Positions 32,325 to 42,593 of a stretch of 64,000 bases of DNA are shown here, piece by piece. Position numbers and translations under genes: made by a program. Under the pieces are notes generated by a model. That model was not told where the DNA came from, did no database searches, and saw only the letters and a program-made list of their open reading frames with translations. Origin of the DNA: an uncultured Methanosarcinales archaeon (lineage in GTDB: Archaea; Halobacteriota; Methanosarcinia; Methanotrichales; Methanotrichaceae); the NCBI GenBank assembly GCA_963843555.1, contig CAWJKV010000012.1:32001-96000 (forward strand), in the 5' to 3' direction. Each line of letters starts with the position of its first letter. Position 1 is the stretch's first letter.

Positions 32325-33087
32325 AGCCTTTGAGAATGGGCCCCTGTTGATCGTGTATATCTGCGCCGGAGATCCCTCGCCGGAAGCGACGCCCGATCTG
32401 GTGCGTCGGCTGGAGAAGGCAGGCGCGGACATCATCGAACTGGGGCTGCCTCACTCCGACCCCATCGCGGACGGGCCAACCATCCAGGCGGCAGCACAAA
32501 GGGCCATTGCCGCCGGAATGAACACGGACGTCTACTTCCAGGTGGCAGCCGCGGCCAATGTACCGGTCCCCAAGGTCTTCATGGGCTACTACAACATGAT
32601 CTACGCGCGGGGCCTGGATAAGTTTGCCAGGGACTGTGCAAAGTCCGGTATCACCGGCATGATTGTTCCCGACCTGCCGCCCGAGGAGGCCGCACCTCTG
32701 CAAGAGGCCTGCACCAGATACGGAGTGGACCTCATCTTCCTGGTGGCACCCAATACCCCGCAGGAGCGGCTGAAGATGATAGAGATGGAGACCTCTGGGT
32801 TCCTCTACCTGGTGGCTCGTACGGGAGTGACGGGAGCCCGCAGCGAGGTGCTGCAGGACACCCGCGACCTCATCGCCCGCGTTCCGGGCAAGAAACCGAA
32901 AGCAGTGGGCTTTGGCATCTCCACTCCAGAGCAGGCGGCCGAGGTCATCCGTGCCGGAGCTGACGCCGCCATCGTGGGCTCCGTCTGCGTGGACCTGATC
33001 GCCAGAGGCGAGATAGAAGAGCTGGAAAGTCTGGTCCGCGAGATGAAGAAGGCGGTGAAGGAGGCAGGGAAGGCAAAGCTCCAATAG
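32311..33087 (+). CDS. trpA: Tryptophan synthase alpha chain
   Basis: [37 protein letters not shown]. Confidence 0.97.
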   Translation: MRISEAFENGPLLIVYICAGDPSPEATPDLVRRLEKAGADIIELGLPHSDPIADGPTIQAAAQRAIAAGMNTDVYFQVAAAANVPVPKVFMGYYNMIYARGLDKFARDCAKSGITGMIVPDLPPEEAAPLQEACTRYGVDLIFLVAPNTPQERLKMIEMETSGFLYLVARTGVTGARSEVLQDTRDLIARVPGKKPKAVGFGISTPEQAAEVIRAGADAAIVGSVCVDLIARGEIEELESLVREMKKAVKEAGKAKLQ

Positions 33088-33728
33088 TTGGCAAAGAACC
33101 CTACCACAGCTATGCAGGAAGAGCAGAGGAGATTTGCGGAAAAGACGCGCACGGATCTTGAAGCAGGCGGCGATGCCACCATTGTCGCATTTGGGGACTC
33201 CATTACCGCAGGCTTCGCTGTAAGGCGAGGTTTCCCATCCTTTTGGCGGGAGCAGCTGCAGCAGAAATTCCGCGAAGCAAAAGTGGAGATGATCAACTCC
33301 GGCATATCAGGAGACACCAGCCGGGATGGGCTCGCCCGGCTGGACTGGTCAGTGCTATCTTACGAGCCGGATCTGGTTACCATCAACTTCGGCATCAACG
33401 ACTCCGTCTTTGACATAGATGTGGATGAGTTCAAGGAAAATCTTATAAAGATGATCCGGCGCATTCGGGCGGGACCTGATTCAGAGATATTGCTCCTCTC
33501 TTCACAGCCGTTGGAGACGCCTCCCTACGACAGAATCGTGCAGGACTACTACCGAGCCCTCGAAGATGTGGCCAGGGAGATGGATGTCGGATTCGTGGAC
33601 GTCTACGGAGCATGGATGGAGCGCGTGCGCCGGGGGACGCCTCTGGGATCATTGATCATACCAGGTCTGGACCATCCGAATGAGGCGGGTACAGGATCAT
33701 AGCCGAGGAGCTGATGAAGCTGTTCTGA
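33088..33728 (+). CDS. SGNH/GDSL hydrolase (frameshift near 33690)
   Basis: FGDSITAG, NSGISGDT, FGIND, DHPNEAG then YRIIAEELMKLF* in the next frame. Confidence 0.88.
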
Positions 33729-33775
33729 CCTTGGGTCAGTTAGTCTGCCACCAAAATCAAAATAAGATGGTAGGG

Positions 33776-35023
33776 CTATTTCTCAGTGGGATCGCTGATC
33801 CTGCCCATGAAACAGTATGCAGCCCGTTTCGCCATCTGTTATCATGAATATGAAGGGATGATCGGCACGGAAGACGGGCGTCCTTTGGACCCGCGAGCAA
33901 AGACCCCTGCTCATGATGACCGCCGTGGCTGCTGCCGCCTCAGTTCCTTCTTCGTTCACATCGACATAAGCCTGATGGATGACCTGCGCTTATGAACAGC
34001 CCTCCGCCTGGCACTTATCCCTGAGAAGTCAGCGTCTGCGAATGCGGTCGGCATCCCCAAATTCCGCAGGTTATTTTTCAAGAAGTATTTGGCATCGATC
34101 TTGAACTTGGGTATGTAGACATCGACGCGCTGCAGCGCTAAGCCCTCTCTCCATTGGGCGAGCTTTTCCACAGTGAGAGAACTCTCCAGCGAGGCGATGT
34201 CATGCTCTTTGGGCAGGAGAATAATCATGGAGAGTTTTTCCCCCAGGTAAGGCATCTGCAGCATCTGCATGTCTTCTGTCTCCAGGTAATTGAATTTGGC
34301 ATCTTTGTCAAGCCGTCCTCATCATGGGTACAGTGACAGTCCTGCCGTCGCTCGTATGAAAATTCTCATCCCGTGTCAGGCTCTTGTCAAACTCTTTAAC
34401 CCATGTGCCCTTGAAATATATGGCGTTGGTCAGGACCAGACAAGTCGAAGAATCGATATAGGGGGGAGGAATGAGATCTTTTATCTTTTGGGAGGTCTTC
34501 TGCTCCACCCAGGAGTTTATGGTCTTTCTGGCTTCTTCGCTTGCTCCTATGAAATCCAGGTTCGTCGCCCTGGCATGATAGATGCGATCCATCAGATCCC
34601 TATACCCATCGAGCAGCGAGAAGCCGTTATCCACCCAGAGGGCGTTGGCAGTAGAGAGGATATAGCCGGATATCGTTGGCATTGAATCGCTGGTCGAGCG
34701 AGGAAAACGACTGCCTTCTGACTGCTCTCATCGCCGGAGAAATGCAGCACGGATCGCATCTCATCTGCTGTCTTGCCTCTCGCCCCTTCATAGGTCATGG
34801 CCAGGGCCGTGTTCAGGCTCCAGGGAGAGAAGAAGATGTTCTCATCTTTGCCTGCCAGCTCCCGATACATATCCAGAGCAAAGCGATTGCTGGCAATTGC
34901 AGTCTGTTCTATGTCTGTCAGCTGCACTTGAACAGACGGCTCAGATTTCATATTTTCCTGCCCCAGAGCGGGCTTAATTATCAGGATGAAGATAAACAGA
35001 ATAAGAAAAAGCTCCAAATGCAT
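33776..35023 (-). CDS. Secreted serpin, split by several frameshifts
   Basis: NIFFSPWS, INSWVEQKT, LVLTNAIYFKGTW, IPKFK, hinge EEGTEAAAAT, FRADHPF, MGRISDP. Confidence 0.92.
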
Positions 35024-35344
35024 GGCAATACACCAATTATATATTCCGCCTTGATTACAGATAAGGATTTGCCAGTCTAAGGTTTTTGCTTTGAGGGTAG
35101 ACGGCCAGGGATCAGCCGCATAAAGCGAACTGTGGTTTGAAAACAGACTACACCCCTCAGGCCGACGACATTCAACCCTCCCTGCTTTTTACCTGATCCC
35201 GTCTCCTAAGCGTTGCGATCTATACAGTTTCTGGGGGCGTCCTTTGCCTGCCAATTTTCGCCTCATTGGCCCGGCTTGAGAATGCAAGAGGCAGTCGAAG
35301 TGCCCCAAGGTATAAATAAAAATAATTGAAAACCATCAACCGTT

Positions 35345-35539
35345 ATGTCCTCCAAGAAGTGCACATCGGTCTGCCCCGTTTGCGGCAGCTCCGATTTATA
35401 TTACGAGGTCGGTGGCTACACCGGCAAAATCTACCACTGCAAGATCTGCGATTATATTGGCGCCCTGGTCGTCGAAGCAGATGAGGAGATGGCTAAAGCC
35501 ATAAGAGATGACTACGAGCAGAAGAAGAAGAATGAATAA
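35345..35539 (+). CDS. Small zinc-ribbon protein
   Basis: CPVCGS...YHCKICDY; TATA-like TATAAATA upstream. Confidence 0.8.
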   Translation: MSSKKCTSVCPVCGSSDLYYEVGGYTGKIYHCKICDYIGALVVEADEEMAKAIRDDYEQKKKNE

Positions 35540-35591
35540 AATAGAGAGCAAGTAACGCTCCGTTACCCATCCAAAAAAGCAGAAATCAAGG

Positions 35592-35782
35592 CAGCTAATC
35601 CTTGTCCGGATCACTGACTCTGCCCAGGAATGGTTTGCAGCCCATCTTTTATCAGCTGTCACCTCAGGGATTGCATAGCTGGAGACTTGCATGGATTCGA
35701 GGAGCTTTCCTGCGAGCGAACGTGCGCACTGGCATGGGGGTGCCGGTGCAAGGCTGCTCGGGCAGCCATAATATTCGCTTGC
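35592..35782 (+). other. Structured intergenic element (candidate RNA or small repeat element)
   Basis: Long stem 35592-35604/35665-35681 and a three-way junction 35712-35782 with G-U pairs on the plus strand. Confidence 0.4.
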
Positions 35783-35810
35783 CAAAAAAAAATTAAAATT
35801 GGAAAGAACC

Positions 35811-36547
35811 TCAGGAAACCGGCTGCTATCTCGTAGGTTATTGAAATCGTGGCCTCGACAGTAACATCTTTGGGCTGTAGCGGTATTGAGAGGTTAGAGG
35901 TAGAGCCATCCGCCGCAAAAACCACAGACTCAGCCTCATCCCCATAGTAGTAGCTGCGGCCTGAGGAAATCTCCAGCACTCTGACGAGCTCGACTCCTGC
36001 GGATGAGGCAATTATTTCCGCCTTTCGCCTGGCATCGGCCACTGCTTTGGCCAGGGCCTCGTCCTTCTGTGGTCCTGAATCCTTCAGGCCATAGCTCACG
36101 CTCTTCAAGTTGTTGGACCCGGCTGCTATGGCGGCCCCCAGGATCTTGCCAATGTCTTCAGTGGTATTCATCTTTACTATGACGCTGCTGATGGCTACAT
36201 ACTCTGGAGACTGTTCCACTCCTGCCAGAGCTTTTATCAACTCCTCATCTCCATAGGGCATGGTGAGTCGGAACTGGCTGGTCTGAATCTCATCCTCTCT
36301 CAAGCCCGCCGACAATAGTGCTTTCACCGTTTTGTTCATGAGTTTTGCATTCTCTGCTGCAGCGACATCAGAGCTGATGTTCTTTGTCTCAACACCCAGT
36401 TCGATGGTCACCAAATCAGGAGGCACGGTTACCTCGCCGCTCCCATCCACAATCAGATTGGAGACATCCTCATTTGTAATCCCATATCCTGGTAGGGCCG
36501 ACATTATCAGTATTAGCCCTAAAGAACATAATTCTTGATCGTCTCAT
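35811..36547 (-). CDS. SIMPL-domain (DUF541) secreted protein (indels near both ends)
   Basis: V.GSGEV.VPPD, IQTS, AGSN, ALAKAVADARRKAE, V.ATISITYEI. Confidence 0.85.
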
Positions 36548-36707
36548 AATATCTCCACTATAATACCTAACTTTAACACTATTAAGTATTATGTTTGCTT
36601 GCAGCGGAGTATGCTATTTGACTGTCCAAATATCAGGATTCTTTCTTGCCTGTTACTGCAGTAGTAAATCAAAAATATTTTTATGAGATGGCCAGAAGCG
36701 AATCGCT

Positions 36708-38120
36708 TTATTTCTCGATCCACTTCCCATCCTTCTTCAGCCAATCGTCCATATCAGCTGCCGCGATCTTGCCTTCGCCCATGGCGCTGATCACAGTTGC
36801 GCCGCCGCTGATGATGTCTCCTCCGGCCCAGACGCCCTCCATTGTCGTTCTCCCCCGTCCATCCACCACCAGCGTGCCCCATTTGGTGGTCATGAGCTGG
36901 GGAGTGCTGGAGGCGATGAGGGGATTGGGAACTGTGCCGACAGCAATGACCACCGTGTCCACATCCACAGTATGCTCCGAGCCCTTCTTCACCCGGGGGC
37001 TTCTCCGGCCTGAGGCATCGGGCTCGCCCAGCTCCATCTCAACCACCTCCATGGCCTTGACCATGCCCCTATCGTCGCCTGAGAACCGGGTGGGATTGGT
37101 GAGGAAGTCGAAGATCACCCCCTCCTCCATGGCGTTCTCCACCTCTTCCAGACGGGCAGGCATCTCCTCACGAGAGCGTCGGTAAATGACATGCACCTCA
37201 TCCGCTCCCAGGCGCATAGCAGAGCGGGCGGCATCCATGGCCACGTTTCCGCCTCCGACGACGGCCACCTTCTTGCCCTTTTTTATGGGCGTATCGTATT
37301 CCGGGAACTTGTAGGCCTTCATCAGGTTGACCCGGGTGAGATATTCGTTGGCAGAGTAAACGCCGCTCAGGTTCTCGCCGGGAACATTTAGAAAGCGGGG
37401 CGCGCCTGCGCCGATGCCCAGGAATACTGCGTTATAGCCACCTTTGAGCAGCTCCTCCACCTGGATTTGTCTGCCCACCACAGAGTCAAGCTCCAGGTCG
37501 GCGCCCAGGGATTTGACGTACTCGATCTCCGACTTGACAATGTTCTTGGGCAGGCGAAACTCGGGAATGCCGTAGACCAGGACGCCTCCGCCATCATGCA
37601 GCGCCTCGAAGATGGTGACTTTGTGGCCCATTCTGGCCAGATCGGCTGCACAAGTGAGGCCAGCTGGGCCCGAGCCGACGACTGCGACGCGTTTGCCGGA
37701 GGGAGGGGCAACTTCACATACAGGGCACTTTTTCGTGGTCTGCTCCCAGTCGGCCACATAGCGTTCCAGACGGCCTATGGCCACAGGCGCCCCCTTCTTG
37801 GCCAGGATGCAGCGGCTCTCGCACTGCACCTCCTGGGGACAGACCCGGCCGCAGATTCCGGGCAGGCTGTTCTTTCTCTTGAGGGACAGGGCCGCCTCAG
37901 GCATATCCCCGTCCCGCAGGGCGCGAATGAAGACCGGAATCTCCACTCCCACCGGACAGCCTGCAACGCACTTGGGCTTCTTGCATTGAAGACATCTGCC
38001 AGCCTCTTCTGCCGCCTGCTCTGGACTGTATCCCAGGGCAACCTCCTGGAAGTTGCGTTTCCTCTTCTCGGGAGATTGCTTGGGCATCTCCACCCGGCTT
38101 AAATTTATCTTGCTTGACAT
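36708..38120 (-). CDS. NfnB/SudA-type (GltD-like) NADPH-dependent bifurcating flavoprotein large subunit
   Basis: CLQCKKPKCVAGCP, CGRVCPQEVQCE, GSGPAGL, YGIPEFRLPK, GGGNVAMDAAR, YRRS, AGGD. Confidence 0.92.
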   Translation of the reverse strand: MSSKINLSRVEMPKQSPEKRKRNFQEVALGYSPEQAAEEAGRCLQCKKPKCVAGCPVGVEIPVFIRALRDGDMPEAALSLKRKNSLPGICGRVCPQEVQCESRCILAKKGAPVAIGRLERYVADWEQTTKKCPVCEVAPPSGKRVAVVGSGPAGLTCAADLARMGHKVTIFEALHDGGGVLVYGIPEFRLPKNIVKSEIEYVKSLGADLELDSVVGRQIQVEELLKGGYNAVFLGIGAGAPRFLNVPGENLSGVYSANEYLTRVNLMKAYKFPEYDTPIKKGKKVAVVGGGNVAMDAARSAMRLGADEVHVIYRRSREEMPARLEEVENAMEEGVIFDFLTNPTRFSGDDRGMVKAMEVVEMELGEPDASGRRSPRVKKGSEHTVDVDTVVIAVGTVPNPLIASSTPQLMTTKWGTLVVDGRGRTTMEGVWAGGDIISGGATVISAMGEGKIAAADMDDWLKKDGKWIEK

Positions 38121-38428
38121 CTCTTCTGCACCGCGCCTCTGTGGCTAAATTATCTTATTGCTGATTATACTTATGCTCGGAGAACCCTGGATGTCTCCTT
38201 TCCATACATCTTTTCCAGATCCTGTGCCCTCAGACGGACCTGCAGATATAAATAAGATAATGCCTGTCGCGGGCTTCCTTGAAGAAGCATTTAAATCTAT
38301 CCCTAGAAGATGGCTGACCCAGAACATTTTCCGACGAGGCACACCGTTTTGGAACTCTGCCGGTGATTCCTTTTAGAGGAACGTTCTAATACAACCAATC
38401 CTCATCATTATTCGGCGCGGTTGGAAAC

Positions 38429-41179
38429 ATGTCCGAGATTAAACTGACCATCGATGATCGAGAAATCCTGGTTCAGGAGGGTTCCACGATTCTGGAAGCA
38501 GCCCGCAAGGCCGGCTCTTAGTGCCAGCACTTTGCCACCACCCAGACCTCAAGCCCATCGGCTCCTGCAAGCTGTGCATCGTCTCTGTAAAAGGCCTGGA
38601 CCATTACCCCGCAGCCTGCAATACCCAGGCGGAAGAGGGAATGGTGGTGGAGACCAGGACAGAAGAGCTACAGGAGATGAGAAGACACACCCTGGAGATG
38701 CTCTTAGCCCTTACCAACCATCCCACCAGCTGCCTGTTCTGTGATAGGAAAGACGAATGCAATGACCTGCGCGAGTGCATGAGAAAGTTCCCTGTGACGG
38801 TAGGCTGCAAGTACTGCCCCAAGAACGGCGAATGCGAACTGCAGCAGGCAGTGGAGTTCGTGGGGCTGGAAAAAATCAGATATCAGATCTCTTTTAAAAA
38901 TATGCCCGTCTTTGAGAGAGCCTTTCTTCGATCGCAATTACAATCTCTGCATCCTGTGCAGCCGTTGCGTGCGAGCCTGCCAGGAGGTGAGGGGCGAAGG
39001 CGTTCTCACCAGCAACCCCGATTTTCACCGCATGCACTGGATAGGCCCCGAGTCTCTGCAGGACTCGGACTGCAAGTTCTGCGGAGCATGCGTGGATATC
39101 TGCCCGACGGCTGCCCTCTACGCCCGATTTGAGAAATGGCAGAGGCCGGAAAAGACCATCTCGACCATCTGCCCCTACTGCGGCGTGGGCTGCCAGATAG
39201 AGGTGGGCGTCCTGGACAACCGGCTGGTTAGGGTAAGGGGCAAGAGGGACAACCTGCCGAATTTTGGCCAGCTCTGCGTCAAGGGCCGCTTCGGCCTGGG
39301 CTTCGTGGATAGCCCGGAGCGTCTCACTGTGCCTCTCATCAGGAAGAATGATAAACTGGTGCCGGCGACCTGGGAGGAAGCACTGGAATTGGTGGCCGGA
39401 AAATTGAATGGCTATAAAGGCGACAGCTTTGCTTTCCTATCGTCGGCCAAGTGCAGCAATGAGGAGAACTATCTGGCCCAGAAGTTCGCCCGGCTGGTTA
39501 TGCAGACCAACAACGTAGATCACTGCGCCCGGCTCTGCCATGCCTCGACCGTATCCGCCCTGGCTCTCGCTTTCGGCAGCGGAGCCATGACCAACTCCAT
39601 TTCGGAGCTGGCGGATGCCGGATGCATATTCATCATCGGCTCGAACACCAGCGAGCAGCATCCCGTCATCGCCCTCAAGATAAAAGAGGCGAAAAGGAAG
39701 GGTGCCAGGATAATCGTCGCCAACCCCCGCTGGATCGACCTCTGCAAGATCGCGGACGTCTGGCTGCGGCAGACTCCGGGAACGGACGTGCCCCTCGTCC
39801 TGGAGATGTGCCGCATAATTCTGGAAGAGGGGCTAATGGACGAGAGCTTCATCTCGGAGAGAACGGAGGGCTTTGATGATTTCAAGGCCTCCCTCTTGAA
39901 GCTGTCCGGATCGGACGCGGCGCGCATTACGGGCGTGAATTCGGAGCTCATCCGAGATGCTGCCCGAATCTATGCCAGGGGCAATCCCTCTTCTATAATC
40001 TATTCCATGGGCATCACCCAGCACTCTCATGGCGTGGATAACATCTTTGCTCTCGCCAATCTGGCCATGATGACCGGGAATGTGGGGAAGCCCTCCTCGG
40101 GCATCAATCCCCTGAGAGGCCAGAACAATGTGCAGGGCTCCTGCGACATGGGAGCTCTTCCCAATCTTCTGCCGGCATACCAGGCCGTGACCAATCCCGA
40201 TCTGAGAGGGAAATTCGAGCAGGCCTGGGGAGCGGCTCTGCCGGAAAATCCCGGTCTCACCGTTGTCGAGATGATGGATGCCGCAGCGGAGGGCAAGATT
40301 CGGGCCATGTACATTATGGGAGAAAATCCAGTTGTCAGCGATCCAGACAGCAGTCATGTGATAGAGGCCCTGAAATCCCTGGATTTCCTGGTAGTGCAGG
40401 ATATCTTCCTCTCCGAGACGGCTGCATTGGCGGACGTGGTCCTGCCGGCAACGTCCGGCCTGGAGAAGGACGGAACCTTCACCAATACGGAACGCCGGGT
40501 GCAGAGGATCAGGAAGGCCCTTGACCCCGTCGGTGAGTCCATGCCCGACTGGATGATCCTGTGCGCTCTGGCCGGTCGCATGGGCTGGGACAGCCAGTTC
40601 AGCTATGACGACCCCGGCCAGATCATGTCTGAGGCGGCAAAGCTCGCTCCCAGCTACGGTGGCATAAGCTATGAGCGGCTGGAGGGCGACGGGCTGCAGT
40701 GGCCCTGCCCCAACGCTGAGCATCCAGGAACCCAGTACCTGCATAAAGGCCAGTTTACAAGGGGCAAGGGCAAGTTCAATGTCGTCGACTACCGGCCTTC
40801 CATGGAGTTGCCCGATGAAGAGTATCCTTTTATTCTCACCACAGGCAGAGTTCTCTGCCAGTATCATACCGGAACCATGACGCGAAAGGTGGGCGACCTC
40901 AACCTTCTCAGAAATGAGGAGCTGGTGGAGATGAATCCGCAAGATGCTCTCAGGTTGAGCATTGAAGACGGCGAGCTGATAGAGGTCAAATCCCGCCGCG
41001 GAGCAGTCCGGGCCAAAGCCAGGACCACAGAAAAGTCGCCTGCCGGCGTAGTCTTCATGACCTTCCACTTCTCAGAGACGCCCACCAACGTTCTTACCAA
41101 TCCGGCCTTGGACCCCATCGCCAAGATCCCGGAATTCAAGGTATGTGCCGTGAAGCTGAATAAGATTAGAGGAGGCTAG
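38429..41179 (+). CDS. fdhA: Mo/W formate dehydrogenase alpha subunit with N-terminal Fe-S domains (frameshifts near 38520 and 38911)
   Basis: 2Fe-2S CHHP..GSCKLC, CILCSRCVRAC, CKFCGACVDICP, CPYCGVGC, HCARLCH (Cys, not Sec), LRGQNNVQG, GTFTNTERRVQ, PEFKVCAV. Confidence 0.92.
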
Positions 41180-41181
41180 AG

Positions 41182-42120
41182 ATGTACGAGATCATAACCA
41201 AGGAGACTGTAGCTCCCAATATCATTTACATGAAACTGAAAGCTCCCAAGATTGCGGCCACTGCCAGACCGGGTCAGTTTGTGATCATAAGAGTGGACGA
41301 GCGTGGGGAGAGAATACCCATGGGCCTGGCCGGCTGGGATGAGCTGGAGGGCACAGTGGACATTGTCTTCTACGTTTTGGGGACAAGCACGGCCAAGCTA
41401 TCCACGATGAAAGAAGGCGAATCAGTGGCCAACATCGCCGGACCCCTGGGAAAACCCACCGAGATCGAGAACTTCGGAAGAGTCATCTGCGCCTGCGGTT
41501 GCTTTGGGGCCGGCCCATCACTGCCGCTCATAAAGGCCCTCAAGGAGAAAGGCAACTATGTGATAACGGTCGTGGAGAGCCGCGGCCCTGATTTCGTTTT
41601 CTGGAAGGATAAACTCAAAGAGTATAGCGATGAGATTCATGTTGTGACGGGCTGCGGCAAGACCGCCTGGGCCAATGATTTCATAGAGCAGGAGCTGCAG
41701 TCCGGAAATAAGATCGACAGGATCTTTGCTCATGGCTGTCCCTTCATGATGAAGGTATCCTCGGATGCCTCACGGGCCGCGGGTGTAGAAACGATCGTCA
41801 GCCTCACACCTCTCATGGTGGACGGCACGGGCATGTGCGGTGCCTGCCGGGTGGAGGTGGACGGGAAGACCCAGTTCGCCTGTGTGGACGGTCCGGATTT
41901 CGGAGGCCACTCTGTCAACTGGGATGGGCTTGTTCTGCGGCTGCGCCAGCTTATTCCGGAAGAGGACAGATCCTTCAATCTTTGGGAGAGGGATAACTGG
42001 CATAAGCTGATGGACAGCAAAACCAAGAAGAGCTTCAATCCGGCAAAGAGAAGGACTGCAGCCGAGCTGGAACATCATGAGGGCCACAGCCACGGTGGCT
42101 GCAGCTCCGCCGGGGCCTGA
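41182..42120 (+). CDS. NfnA/SudB-type FAD/2Fe-2S small subunit with atypical motifs
   Basis: PGQFVI, GERIP, GPLG, MVDGTGMCGACRV, FACVDGPDF; His-rich tail. Confidence 0.9.
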   Translation: MYEIITKETVAPNIIYMKLKAPKIAATARPGQFVIIRVDERGERIPMGLAGWDELEGTVDIVFYVLGTSTAKLSTMKEGESVANIAGPLGKPTEIENFGRVICACGCFGAGPSLPLIKALKEKGNYVITVVESRGPDFVFWKDKLKEYSDEIHVVTGCGKTAWANDFIEQELQSGNKIDRIFAHGCPFMMKVSSDASRAAGVETIVSLTPLMVDGTGMCGACRVEVDGKTQFACVDGPDFGGHSVNWDGLVLRLRQLIPEEDRSFNLWERDNWHKLMDSKTKKSFNPAKRRTAAELEHHEGHSHGGCSSAGA

Positions 42121-42390
42121 ACTGCTTTTCCGGCGGATCCAAGCGGCCGCCAGAATGAAGAATCTTGCAGCTTGAATGAAGATTAAATCAAGGAATGCAG
42201 ACTGCCGGGGGCTGGACTTGCATATAGAAGAGTTTCTCACGGGCGTGCTCAAGCGTCACGCCCCTGCCCAATCATGAGACCCATTGCTGCCTTCCTGAAA
42301 TATTCGATTCTAAATAAGATGAAGTTCTATTTTTCCGTCCATAGAAACTTTTCATGATTCTTTTTATTTTACATTATGCTTCAAATGGAT

Positions 42391-42440
42391 TCATAATTTT
42401 TCACAATATTTCATAATTCTTCATAACTTTTCACAATTCT
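42391..42440. repeat. Five tandem 10-bp repeats (TCAYAAYNNT) upstream of the FNT gene
   Basis: TCATAATTTT TCACAATATT TCATAATTCT TCATAACTTT TCACAATTCT. Confidence 0.85.
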
Positions 42441-42593
42441 GCTGACTGCAACCGCAATCCTTTTACACAATTCCGCCAGCACGAGTGGCCATCCTGCGGG
42501 CCGCCTTCGAAGCAAAGCGATTTGGTTCATCCAGTCCCCAAACAAGCTTCAATCGCAAGAATTCCAGGCTGCCCGTTTTAATGGAGGGAGAAT

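Noticed and set aside
33085..33090. Pyrrolysine read-through from trpA (TAG) into the in-frame SGNH gene
   Set aside because: TrpA is complete at the stop, the two proteins are unrelated, and no pyl genes are visible
39520..39545. Selenocysteine in FdhA
   Set aside because: The active-site codons are TGC (HCARLCH) and there is no in-frame TGA
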